Positions 10,938-23,216 of a DNA stretch of 64,000 nt are shown here, piece by piece. How positions within the stretch are numbered: the first letter of the stretch is position 1; each line of letters starts with the position of its first letter. The DNA lies in contig OX442314.1 of the NCBI GenBank assembly GCA_949358305.1, positions 9,858,001 to 9,922,000 on the forward strand, in the 5' to 3' direction. The translations under genes were made by a program, and so were the position numbers. Under the pieces are notes generated by a model. That model was not told the origin of the DNA. It saw only the letters and a program-made list of their open reading frames with translations, and searched no databases. Source of the stretch: Strigamia acuminata. Taxonomy: Eukaryota.

Positions 10938-11520
10938 TGTCAAGTTGTTAGCAATAATCACAACAGAATCTCAAGATCGACTCGAGCACATGGATTTGAA
11001 TCACACATAATTTCGATCTTCTTGAAATTAGCCTTTTGGTTCTTTTGGTCCCTGAAGGATTTAATCTGGTAATATAAATTTTTTTTAAAAAAACTCAAAA
11101 TTTTTTTTAAAACATTTTTTTTTTAATTTATAGGAGAAAACCAACAACCACAGACAGATCTGAATTAATTCAACCCATTACATATGCGCAAGGGACCAGA
11201 ATGTCCAACAGAATACACGATAATTTTACTGCAATGACACCACCAAAGGCCTACCACAAGTACGACCAGAAACAGAACAAAATCCTGCTGAATCTAGCAA
11301 ACACAAACAACAACATCGCGAAATTCCGGAAGTTAAAGGAAAATGATGGAAACCGAGTAAGAGAGATTTATTTTTTTAATAAATAAATTTTAATATTAAT
11401 TATTTTTAGGTCGATGAAGTAAGTGCCGAGGCACTCAGAGCGCAGGGGAAAAGATTAGCGCTAAAAAGTAAAACTGCAAATCCGCACCGCACAATAAAAA
11501 GAGATAAATCCATTAATGAC
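10938..11520 (+). pseudogene. Unidentified 3-exon gene, paralog 1 (start region frameshifted relative to the 22395 copy)
   Basis: GT-AG introns at ~11069-11133 and ~11357-11410; spliced frame reads ...IFLKLAFWFFWSLKDLIW/RKPTTTDRSELIQP...NDGNR/VDEVSAEALRAQGKRL. Confidence 0.6.
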
Positions 11521-12311
11521 TGGTTTTTGCTGGCGAGTAAAGATATTTGACGTAATAAACGAATGAAAATTGTTAAAGGATTTTACAATTGGCACAAATA
11601 CAGGTCCCTAGATGGAGTCATGGAGTTTTTTAACTTCATAAAACACTGCCATTAGCTGAAATTATCACAAACAATATGAAGAAGTTGAAATTAAGAAATA
11701 ATTCAACTTCATTGCAGTTGCCGAAGATGCCAGCTATTCTATGGCAACCCAACACAAGCACAGTCAGGAGAAATTGTGGAAATAGTGAAGAGAAAGAGAT
11801 AAAAAGATTCCAATCAGAGACAATAAAAGTTGGATATTAACCAAATTGAACACGGAAGAAACGAAAACAACTTTCCACCATGTTGTTGTTTTCCAACAAC
11901 AAAAAATTTTTCTTGCATTTGTTAATATCTTATGACGATTTTTGCAACTCTGAAGAAAGTCATTTTGAAAAAAGTGAAAGTTTCTCTAAGGTTTACAAAT
12001 ATTTTAGTTTAACAACAGCTGGACTGGTCAAAATGACCCAATGGGTTTCCAATAGTGTTTTTTGATGCTTTACATCATAAATCAGCAAACATGGCATTTT
12101 AACTTAAAGAAGAATGTTTTAAATTCAGAAACACCTTGGGGCATCCCCAACAAAGATGAAAAAGCAAAAACCACTTTTGGCTGGCCAAAGTCCTGTTCCA
12201 TGGGTCATCAAGAAAAAGGTGACTGAAAAATACCGGTAAGACGGTTAGGTTTCAGATTTGGTTCATCAATCTCCTCATTGCTTACATCAAGCAGAAGCAG
12301 AAGCAACTATA

Positions 12312-12597
12312 CTCTGGCCATGTGTAAGTTGAGCCTAAATCCGAGCCTTTTCTCTGGTGTAGTGATACAAGAAAATAGATCCAAACACCAGGATTGCAAC
12401 AAAAGCAGATCTGGAGAAGAACAACAACTGCCGTTGTTACTGATATTCATTTTGTTCAGACTAAACAGTCAATAATAAATTTGAAAATTGTTTTGGTTTC
12501 TGGAAGAAGCAAGCAATAAACTGAACTATTTTTTCTGGTGGCAACACAGAGTGAGTTGTGAGGCTCGGATTTAGGCTCAACTTACACATGGCCAGAG
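12312..12597. mobile_element. MITE with ~38-bp TIRs and TA TSD (Tc1/mariner-type)
   Basis: TA|CTCTGGCCATGTGTAAGTTGAGCCTAAATCCGAGCCT ... AGGCTCGGATTTAGGCTCAACTTACACATGGCCAGAG|TA. Confidence 0.9.
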
Positions 12598-13011
12598 TAT
12601 ACAAATAGCTGGATGGACTATTTCAAATCAATGGAGAAATTGATGATAAATAAATAAATATTCCTGACAAATTGGTAAATGCTTCTAACGTCTAGGGCGA
12701 CAAACAAATTGGGTTCTAGGAGGAAAAATTGTTGTGAAAAAGAAGGTTGTTCCAAGAAAGAATAGTGTAAAACGGAAGGTTGTTCCAAGAAAGACCAGTG
12801 TGAAAAAGGTTGTTTCAAAAAAGGTGCAGTCTTACAATACCAACAGACCAAGACGGACAACACTATTTCAGGATTTCGAAATTTGCAGAATAATAGCCAA
12901 GTGAGAGAGATTTTTTTTTTTTAATAAATAAATTTTAATATTAATTATTTTTAGTTCATCGACGTGAAAACAATCGCACCGCGTACGGACATTTAAAAAA
13001 AAAATTTACAC

Positions 13012-13290
13012 CTTGTGAGGTCAGCTTTTCCTCTCAATTCAGGAACTCTCGCCAAATGAATTTCGGGGCATCGTCGCCGAACATTTCGAGTCACGCCCAC
13101 AGTCCGAGCCTCGTAATTCACCACGCTTATTCTAAAACGAAGCGGAATCGTCATCTTTAGTTTTCTGAATTTTTATACATTTATTTTCGAGCTTTGTTTT
13201 TACCCGCCACCTTTCCATGGTTTGTATTGGACCACGGCTACACGGTTTACCTCAGATTTCTGGGTTTAATTTTTGCTACGCCCAAGTAAG
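13012..13290 (-). pseudogene. DNA polymerase eta fragment (exon 2, intron, exon 3)
   Basis: Degenerate copy of 26870-27140 that additionally retains HLARVPELRGKADLT(R) and its GT donor. Confidence 0.85.
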
Positions 13291-13371
13291 AGAAAAAAAT
13301 TGTTCTGCTCAAAACCACCACAACGTTAATCTATTTCACTGGTGTAGGGACACAAAAAAGTAGCTCCTTTT

Positions 13372-13495
13372 AATTTGCGACGCAGGGTCGAGTTGGAAAT
13401 TGATCGGCTGGTTTCGCAGGACATTATCGAACGAGTGGTGGATGGAATGGGGCCCACACCTTGGGTTTCACCCATTCATTGTGTGAGAAAACCAC
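13372..13495 (+). mobile_element. Ty3/gypsy RT N-terminal relic
   Basis: RRRVELEIDRLVSQDIIERV...PTPWVSPIHCVRKP is the typical start of gypsy RT. Confidence 0.75.
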
Positions 13496-15454
13496 CATGG
13501 GTGTCTGCCATGATCTGTAGAAAGTTCCGTCATCTATGGAAGGAGGACCAAGGTGTTATAGTTCTCAATAGAATTGTCATCCATTAATCTGGAGAAAAAC
13601 CGAATGTCTGTACGAATGTTTTTCGTTCCTAACTTTCTTTTTTCTTTGTGAAAGGCCTATAATTTACAAGGGCATGTTTCAGCAAGTGGAAGTTGGAAAA
13701 GATCCAAGACCCATCTATTTGTATTGTACTCTCAAATCAGCAGGATTGCAAAAAGCAAGATTAGAGAAAAGGAGATATTGAAAAATATGGAAAAAATACT
13801 GGAACCAAGCAGTCAGAACACAAACATCAAAATTTCATAACAATTAGTAAATGCTACACCCATACAGTCAAAGGAATGCAGGCCTATACAATACCAACTC
13901 TATTATGACCAGAGCTCTCTTTTTGCTTGACCCAGGGGTGACCACGAGGAGGTAGAGAGTTGGATTTTACACCCCCATTCTCAAATAACAATATAATATA
14001 TAGACACCATTTTGACGCAAAACTCGAAAATTTCAAAAGGAGAATTAAACTCAATTGATCTTGATCAAAGAAACAAAAAACACCACTGGATAGATGAGAA
14101 GGAGAGAAAACTACACTAACTACAAATAATATTCAAATTCAAATAAAAATGCCTACAAAAGGACAAAGAAACTTGGAAAAAGACAAACACATACAATTTT
14201 AAATTCAGTCGGGAAAACTGAGACAACCAGACAAGAGGAAAAAAGGTCATTTCATGAGCCCATTGTAAAAAAAAAAATTTTCAGACTTGGATTAAGCCTA
14301 AAATGGAATGGAAACAAGAAATGTGGGATAAACTAATTAGCAATCCAACAAAAAAAAGAATAAAAAAGAAGAACAAGTCAAAATTAGCTAAATTCCAATT
14401 AATCTTAATCCAGTTCCTTGGCTACGAGTTGTATTTTGAGGCCAGACGAGAGGAAGGAGGAAACACAAGACCAAATAAAGAAAGATAAATGCCATTTTGG
14501 TCAAAAATAGAGCGGAAAAAGAGAGAAAAGCACATTAAATTCCATCACAGACGAAATATTAATTAAAATCAAACCGTCGGATAAAAAGACAAACCTCCTC
14601 CTTTGGGTTTGCATCATTATCATCACGAAAAGGAAAGGAAACACCGAAAAACATACATCGATCAAACCGACAAAGCAAAGCACGAAATGGAATCAAATGG
14701 AATGAAGAACACAAACACGTGCTGTTGCTAAGCGATCTCTATTGGTTGGAATCAACGTCAACAAATTGCATCATTTTCCTCTGTTAATAATAATTATTCC
14801 CACCAGAGTGACTCTGCAACTCACGAGTTAGTGTCAGAAAATTTTAAATCAATTTTTCAAAGCAACAAAAAAAATAAATAACATTAAATAATAAAAAATT
14901 AAAATTTTAAAATGTATCTATTTTTTGGCGAATTGTCACCTGTGGTCGACTCAGGCTCCCAAATCTCAGACTCTAAAAATCGTCGTGGTTAAGTCAGGTC
15001 GGACGAAAATATAGAAATTAAAAACGATAGTGCACAAGGAAATATTTTATCACCGGCTATTCTGCAAACATCCTTTGATATTTTTCAATTTTTTTTCGAT
15101 TAAATTCCGTTAAAAATGCAAAAATAACGCGATTTTTAACTTGCAAACGGTAGAAAAACCCACTTGAATTTGAATTTCTTCGTTATTTTTGCCAGAAATT
15201 AAGAAAAACGTTACATTTCTTCAAAGATTTATGACAATGATTTTCTGAAGAAACCAGATTTTTTTCTGCTTTTTTGTCCAGCAAACATTTGTACACAAAC
15301 ACTAAAAATTACTATCATTAATTACAATGTATGATTTGTTTAAATATTTTAGCACTTTCTAGGGCAGAATTTAATGCTGAATTCATATTTTTCTATCAGA
15401 AAGATGCTGCAGGCTTTACGTTTATGTCAAAATACAAAATAGTGACAGTAGTAG

Positions 15455-15480
15455 TGCTAAACTTTTCGCCACCACTGTAT
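15455..15480. mobile_element. Right end of a Tc1-like element (single TIR seen)
   Basis: GTGCTAAACTTTTCGCCACCACTG|TA, reverse complement TA|CAGTGGTGGCGAAAAGTTTAGCAC; partner TIR not found. Confidence 0.6.
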
Positions 15481-16850
15481 ATTGGGCTTAGTAAGAGATA
15501 GATGAAAATAGAGATAGAGATAGAAGAAAATACCACATTTGTTATGTACTTGAAATAATAACTATAGTATAAATCCTAAGTATTACCAACATTGTAGTTG
15601 TCAAGCTTCTTTACTTGACAACGTTTCCGAATAAAAACCTAGTTGCAACCCGAAATTCACAGTGTTCACACCTTCTTCTATGACCTTCTCAAAGAAGGCA
15701 TAATGGACTTGATTATCCAAATTGAAAGTCTAAACATCACACCAACTACAAATACAGTTGTGAGTCTATAAACACAACAACATTGACTACTTTTCTACAG
15801 AAAATTGTACAAGGAAAGAATGTATCAAGACAGAAGAAAGCTTGAAAACAAATTGCACAACTTTCGAACTAAGTGTTAAATGTGATTCTAATATTTAGTG
15901 CGTTAATACAACAAATTCAACGGAGAAAGCCATTTTGGAAGTTCACCTTATAAACAGGCATTTCACAAATCTGGTGTACTACATAAGCAAGGTCCGCAAG
16001 GTTAGATAATTAGAGAAGAAGGAGTAAAATAGATAGGCAGATAGAAGAGAGAAGAGAATTCTTAATCGTGGAATATCATTCTTGAGACTCGTATCCAAGG
16101 TGACATGGTAACATGGTATCATTCATCGGGTTCACACAAGATAAAGTTTAGGGACTGTAGTGTTTAGATGTGTTGATTGTCTAAGATTGAATAATGTATT
16201 GTCATGTGCTAAATTGGATTGTTGATGGTTGCCAAGGGCAACCATCTGAAATAAATACTGACTTGGTGTCAAGCTTTTGAACACGAATGAGTCGTCCCGT
16301 TTTTCAGGTCTACTCAAGAAGAGTAGGCCTTGCAGCATTAGTGTATTCGAGATAAGGAAACACTAAAGGGACAGACTATTTGAAACGGCCGATTCTGTGG
16401 ATAATGCCTTTATACACGTAAGTTATTTGGTATAGTTGTGTTGGTATGTGTATGTGTGTTGGTAATCGTATCGTAGTATCGAACGTAAAAGTCTCGTGCT
16501 GTTGAGAGCGTTGCTCATCAAAGGCACGAATGTAATTCACAGTTGGAACACTTCAAAAAGCTATCGTACTAGAATTTCCCGCACAAATAATTACGAGCAC
16601 ATTTTGAACAACAATTTTTTGAGAAAAACCAAGAAAGGCTTCAAAGAAGTCACCTATGGACATTGAAAAGAAAATGTGTGGCAAGAATGATAAATTATGC
16701 GCGCAATGCCTTTGGTTGCCACAGCAACCGAGTTGTTTTAGTAACTAAGCACTTGTTGTTGTATCGCACTGGTCGTTTGCAATTGTACGAGTAAAGTTGT
16801 TGTTTATTTTTTTTCTTCGTTACAAAACGTTTCCTTTCTACTTTCACAAT

Positions 16851-17450
16851 TGGTAGCAGAGTCAGGTTGCAAAAAAACGATCCACGATTCAAAGGAAGAC
16901 GTTTATAGCGTGCGAGATAAAATCACAACAAACAAGAAGGAAGAAGAACGTTCGAAATAAACACGGAACATTAAAAAATGGTTGACTTGATCTCTGCGGG
17001 TTTGTTAAATAGGATTGAATTGCTTAATGTCCGCAATTATTTTGTCTGGAGCTTTAAAGTTGGGGCACTTCTGGAGGCAAAAGGACTGACCAGCGCCATC
17101 ACGGATGCGGAACCGGAAAAACCAGTTCAAGGGGAAGCCAATTTTAAAGATAAGGAGACAAAGCATGGGCGAAAAGCAACAGCGAGGCGATGGGGATTCT
17201 CGCGCTAACGATCTCAGATGAAGAGGCCACGAGTTGTTTGAGTATGAAAAGTGCGAACATACTGTGGGAGCACTTGAAAACACAGCACGCCGCTTTGACC
17301 GTGGAAAAACAGGTCGATGCGAGCCCCCGTCTTACTACACTGAAGATGCGTCCAGAAGAGACGGTGGATCAGTACGTGAACAGGGCGAGGTCGATACAAG
17401 CTAAGACAAAGGCTGTGGGGCGTGATATACCGGATCGTGAGAGGATGCAT
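16851..17450 (+). mobile_element. Truncated, frameshifted copia relic (PBS plus gag 5' part)
   Basis: TGGTAGCAGAG PBS at 16851; IELLNVRNYFVWSFKVGALLEAKGL and ANILWEHLK...LKMRPEETVDQYVNR are copia gag-like; reading frame is broken. Upstream LTR boundary not resolved. Confidence 0.75.
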
Positions 17451-17470
17451 TTTTTACATTTATTAATTTC

Positions 17471-17687
17471 GGATTAGTTGACTTTAGCGACGCCTGTTTA
17501 AGCGACATAGCTGTAAAGTGCTTAGAAGCAGTTAGGTTAGTTTGTTAGTTTATGTTAGTACAGGTTACTTTATGTTGGTTAGTATAAGTTAGTATAGATT
17601 AGTTCAGGTTAGAATAGGTTAGTTTGCGTTAGTTTAGGTTGAAAAACGGCATCGCTATAACGGGTGTTACTAAAGTAAACTATATCC
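17471..17687. mobile_element. MITE with imperfect ~35-bp TIRs and internal degenerate (TTAGG/TTAGT)n; truncated sister at ~8975-9099
   Basis: GGATTAGTTGACTTTAGCGACGCCTGTTTAAGCGA versus reverse complement of the right end GGATATAGTTTACTTTAGTAACACCCGTTATAGCGA. Confidence 0.75.
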
Positions 17688-20659
17688 ACATACAAGAAGA
17701 AAAAAAGAAAGAAACACCCAACTCAGCATGCAACCGCAACCTCCACCAACAATTGGACACAAATTTACGATGTACGACATATGCCTACTGCTGTCAGTAC
17801 AGCCTGCATCAGAGCGCCAGGCAAAAAGGTAGAACCTTCAGGATTTCTCTCCATAAATAAACACTTAACCACCATGTCGATAATTTTATCTAGTAATTGC
17901 CCTAGACAGCAAACAAGCTGCAACATTTCAACGTTGCAGAGCATAAAAGACCAAAGCAGTTGGACATAAAACTTATTTGGCAAGGAAAAGTAAAAATGAA
18001 GCAATTCATGAGAAGCCTGTTTTAGTAGAGTGTGGATACTGCTGTCAAGTTGTTAGCAATAATCACAACAGAATCAAAATCAAAAGCCTATATTGGGCTT
18101 AGTAATTTTCCTCAGAAATGGATTATTTAGACGATAGACGAAAGAATTTTCAAAACTATGTTGAAAGCAACGAAAGCTGTCAATTCAGGAAAAGGTGCAA
18201 TGTCAAATGAAATCTTCCAGTATGTAAAAAATCTTATAAATCAATCTTCTGAGAAGAACTTAAAACTGAAAGAACTTGTGCAACCAACTAAAGGGAGAAA
18301 ACTTTGCAGCCAAAATAGCTGGAATGATGGAGAAAACTCAGAAAACTTTTGAATTCAAAAGAGAAGTTAAAAACTGTTGTTAGCTAAGTTCAAGTCAGGG
18401 TTAAAAGGAGCAACATGATCCATTTAGACCCATTTACCATTTTAAGGATGCAGTAGAGTGGTATAAAGTTGAATAAAAGCCTAAGATGGATTAAGAAAAG
18501 CTCAAACAGGTGAATATGGATCAATCAGAAGAGAGATATTTTTTCAATTGTTTTTAGATTAGTCTTCAAACAATGCCACGAACCATAAAGCCTGATTTAA
18601 GCTTACTTTAGAATCACAACATTACCGTAATTCTGGAGTGACAAATACATTTTTAAACTAATGAAATTTGTAATGGAATGCAGGCATACAACCCCAAATC
18701 ATTTGTCATTTGTCACCCATGTAGATGTTGTCCTTCAACTTTCATTTCAATTAAATTAAGGTTAGGCTTAAAATGGAATCTAAAATTTCAAGACCGCTTA
18801 TTCACATATGTAGTACACACAACACACTAAATGTGTATGTTTGACAATTAAAAAAGCAAATAAAGAAATTAGAAAAGGAAATAAGAGAAATTTGCATTCG
18901 AAACACACAGAAAATGGAAAATGGAGAATGGAACGTGAAACAAAAAAAAGCATTAAATTCGATTACAATCCAATATTAACTCGCACCAACCCATACGATC
19001 AAAATCCCATGTTAATCCAGTTACTTGAACATAAAGTCGATCGAAAAACGAATGAACATTGCTAAAAATATCGAACCGAACCGAAAATGAAGCGAAAATG
19101 ACTGCGCGAAATGAAATGTATACAACACAAGCACATGACTGTTGCTATGCCTACAAAAAAATGCATCATATAGTTAATAACACTTGTTCCCACCAGAGCG
19201 CAGAGCAGCACTGGTGAGACACTAATCAGTGTGAGCGAAATTTGAATTTTCACATTCGTAAATGATGAATTAAAATTATAAAAAGAGAAGGAATCAGTAA
19301 TTAAACAAAGGGAGGTTGACTCAACCATTAAATTTTCAATTGAGAGCAACATCCAAGAAGCCGGAATTGCTTGGAGAATTCGTCTCCTTGTCGCAGCTGT
19401 GGTGTCATCGTTCGCCGTGGACTGCACCGTCACTTTCGGGTCGAGCTCTTTACATGGCGGTTTCTTAGTCGGGGTAAATGCCCTCTTCTGGAACGTTTTG
19501 TGAGCTGTTTCCCCTGGAATACGGATTGATTGTTTGTTAATGGTATTAAAGTTTTACCTTGTTTTTCGTGTTTGTGTTGAAAGAATAGTGGCACCGCTTT
19601 TAACCAAGGGGATCGGCAATCGAAAAATCAAAACCCATAAAATAAAATAAAATAAAATCTTTTAATGACTGGTTTTCGCTGGCAATTAAATTCTTTATTT
19701 GCATCCACATGTGTATTTGTATTTCATATTTTTGATTTATTTATCTTTTAAATTTGATAATTTAAATTTCCCGTATCCCACCCGGCCAGTCCAGCATTGG
19801 GGTTTTGTATCAGATAGGCAATAGTAGAACAAGTTATTAATATTGAACAAGAAATATAAATACAAATAGAAAGACAATCGGAAGGTTAGCCCAAGAAGTT
19901 TTAAAGGAATGAAAATTGTTGAAAGATTCTTTTTTTTTCTGTCCATATATCGGGAGAATTGCTTTTACGGAGTCATGGAGTTTTTTAACTTCATAAAACA
20001 CTGCCACATATACTGAATTAAGTAATGTACGAATAAATACATCAATTACAAAAACCGAAACCAGAACTTATACTAGTATGCAGTAAACTCATATCAGTTT
20101 ACTCGTATATAAAGCCAAGTTGACTATCACACCCGTTATAAATATCACATCATATTTATAAGAGGTTAATTGATAAATGGCTCTCCCCAACCATTTAAAC
20201 CAATAACCATACAAGTTGTGACGATGCAGATAAACGTCAACCGCAGCTCTCGGATATTTAACCCCTTCATTACAGACTCGAACCAAGAAATAGACGAAAA
20301 CCAACCGATTGAGATGACATCTATTTTTCCAGTTAGAAGCGAGTTACAAGCTTCACTGGACCAAGGAACAGCAGTCGTCTTGATACTATTATAGGGCCCT
20401 CTAGGCTACTGTATGTATAGTTTAAATGATCACCTTAATTTGACCAATTGTCGGTCTTAGTATTTGTATAATTTTATTCGAAATTGATTAATATAATTAC
20501 TTTACGATAATTATATTCCATATCAATAAATGTCCATGTTTTGATAATTGAATGTCTCTTTATTTTATCGTCATTTCACACAGTTCACTTCTTAGGTTTG
20601 TTAAGCCCATCTCTCAGATATTGGAAGATAGACTTGCTTGTTAGGCCAAAGTAATTTCC

Positions 20660-21140
20660 CTTATTTTGAGCCGGAGAGCGTCATCGTTACACGCTTATAA
20701 CTTTCATCGGCCAAATATGACAAAGCCAAAACAGCATCTGCTAGAATCTGGTCAAAAATTAACAAAAAATATAGTTAACTTCCATAAGGAATTAATTTAT
20801 TAAAAATGTTAAAGATATTTACATTGATATCAGTATGATGAATTAGCCTACACATTACTAAAAGAATCGCTTTTATAGAAACGACAGGAAGGCTCGGATC
20901 TTTGAGGCGACACGTTCCGTATGAACCACGTTAAGTTGTGTAGAAAGACGGCAGAAGAGCGGTTTTTTTTAGATCGTTAATTTCATTAGGCGTTAATTCA
21001 TTTACAATTTGAAGCATAGTTACATTAACATCGGTATGATGAATTAGTACGCACAAGGCGTGAAGAATCTCGTTTATAGTTTGGGCAGGAGGGCTCGGAT
21101 CTTTGTTGCGACACAAGTTCATTATGACCCACGTTACGTT
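20660..21140 (-). pseudogene. Importin-alpha (alpha3-like) ARM-repeat fragments: two diverged tandem copies plus intron and next exon
   Basis: [39 protein letters not shown] (21140-21024); frameshifted second copy (20932-20823); GT-AG intron 20822-20748; ILADAVLALSYLADE then stop. Confidence 0.85.
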
Positions 21141-21159
21141 GTTTGTTGTTGTTTAAGTT

Positions 21160-21797
21160 AGCATTATGGTTATTTTGCTGCCTAAAAAATTTAGTTTGGT
21201 AATATAATTTTTTTTTAAAAAACTCAAAAGTTTTTTTTTAAAACCCTTTTTTTAAATTCATAGGAGCAAACCTACAGCCACGGACAGAGGGGAACTAATA
21301 CAACCCAATATGTACACGCAAGGAACCAGAATGTCAGATAAAATGCACGACAATTTCACCGCAATGTCACCAGCACAGTCATCAGCACAAAAGCCCTACC
21401 ATAGATACGAGAAAGAAAACAAAATTCTATTAAATGTAGCAAACACAAACAACACTATTTCAGGCTTCAGACAAGCCAAAGAAAATAATGGAAACCAAGT
21501 AAGAGAGATTTTTTTTTTTAAATGATTACAAAATTAAACTAAATTATTTTTTAGTTCAACGATGTGACAGCAGAGGCATTGAAAGCGCAAAGCAAGCGGT
21601 TAGCAAAGCAACAACAAGCGGTTCAACCAGCGGTTCAAACACCAATCAGACCAGCGGTCAAGCCGGCAATCAGGCCAGCGGTTCATCCACCACTCAGACC
21701 AGCGGTCAAGCCGGCAATCAGGCCAGCGGTCACATCAGCAATAAGAGCAGCAGCTTCCCCACTTAAAAATCAAAATCCATTGAATAAAAACAGATAA
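21160..21797 (+). pseudogene. Unidentified 3-exon gene, paralog 2 (5'-truncated, C-terminal 8-aa PAVKPAIR repeats)
   Basis: Same intron positions as paralogs 1 and 3; exons ~21160-21198, 21264-21498, 21555-21797. Confidence 0.6.
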
Positions 21798-22394
21798 GAT
21801 CATTTAATGACTTGGTTTTCACCGCGTACGGACACAATCGACGGATAAATTACACCTTGTGAGGTCAGGTTATCTCTCAATTCAGGAACTCTCGCCAAAT
21901 GAATTTCGGAGCGCATATTTTTCGCATCGTCGCCGAACATATTTCATATTAATCTCAAATGCTACAGTGCATCAGCTCAATTCTGGAGTGACAAATATGC
22001 ATTGCTTTTCTTTAAAATCTCGAATGCATCATCTTTTTGTAGTAAAACCCCTAGATGTGGAATAGCTTGGGCAGCCCATCTGACAGGAGACCACATGTTC
22101 TTGGGTTCTGAGCTTCTTCTGCTTTGGTTTGTGCTAGGTTTTGATTAAAGGTCCAATTTTCTCCGTCGGATATATATGAAGGCAAACTTGCTTTAATTTA
22201 ATAGCTGCATGAATTGGATCATAAATGAAGGCTATACATTGGTTTAAAGGTCAAATTCGACTTGTGATATACAAGAGGTTAATCTCCTTCTCCAAATTCT
22301 CTCCTCTCCTCCCTGACAACTGCTCAAATTAATCAGTTGCAACGCAAAATCAGTGGAGTAAACGCTGGTTTTCTAAACCTTCTCAAAGAAGACA

Positions 22395-22950
22395 ATGTCA
22401 ATAGTTGTTAGCAATAATCACAACAGAATCTTAAGATCGACTCGAGCACATAGATTTGAATCACACATAATTTCGATCTTCTTGAAATTAGCCTTTTGGT
22501 TCTTTTACTGCCTAAAGAATTTAATCTGGTAATATAAATTTTTTTTTAAAAAACTCAAATTTTTTTTTAAAACATTTTTTTTAAATTTATAGGAGGAAAC
22601 CAACAACCACAGACAGATCTGAATTAATTCAACCCATTACATATGAGCAAGGGACTAGAATGTCCAACAGAATACACGATAATTTCACTGCAATGACACC
22701 ACCAAAGGCCTACCACAAGTACGACCAGAAACAGAACAAAATCCTGCTGAATGTAGCAAACACAAATAACAACATCGCGGCATTCAGAAAGTAAAAGGAA
22801 AATGATGGAAACCGAGTAAGAGAGATATATTTTTTTAATAAATAAATTTTAATATTAATTATTTTTAGTTCGGCGAAGTAAGTGCCGAGGCACTCAGAGC
22901 GCAGGGAAAAAGATTAGCGCTAAAAAATAAAACTGCAAATATTAACAATA
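22395..22950 (+). pseudogene. Unidentified 3-exon gene, paralog 3 (ATG 22395; premature TAA 22792-22794)
   Basis: Exon 22395-22528 (MSIVVSNNHNRILRSTRAHRFESHIISIFLKLAFWFFYCLKNLIW); exon from 22593 has a stop where paralog 1 has TTA. Confidence 0.6.
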
Positions 22951-22989
22951 AAAAGAGATCAATCCATTAATGACTGGTTTTTGCTGGCA

Positions 22990-23216
22990 ATTAAAACCAT
23001 CACACCACGATCCATCATCATTTTTATTTTCCAACCCCACCACGTCTGTGTTAAGAAAATTATCCACGTTAACACGCTCAGAAGACGCCAATTTAATCCT
23101 TTTCTGCACCTCGGACGTTAAATCAATGTAAGCTTCATCGATGCTCGCACGCTCCACGAATTCGCTGAACTTAGTCAAAACATTAAATAGGTACCGAGAT
23201 GCGAGTAAAGATATTT
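22990..23216 (-). pseudogene. DNA polymerase eta exon 4 fragment, with its first ~26 nt inverted onto the plus strand
   Basis: Minus strand FNVLTKFSEFVERASIDEAYIDLT (Y-family catalytic SIDE motif); plus strand ag|G TAC CGA GAT GCG AGT AAA GAT (YRDASKD) at 23191. Confidence 0.88.

Larger units (their letters stand above)
8975..13300 (+). repeat. Mosaic duplicated block, copy A
   Basis: Closely similar colinear segments: ~8980-9950 vs 17530-18530; 10290-10560 vs 21500-21810; 10565-11530 vs 21940-22990; 11533-12230 vs 23200-23920; 12617-12680 vs 24037-24100. Confidence 0.9.

Noticed and set aside
15900..16340. Possible 3' end of a non-LTR (L2/CR1-like) RT on the minus strand
   Set aside because: Only a vague NLRQS-type resemblance with many stops; not supportable without a search.
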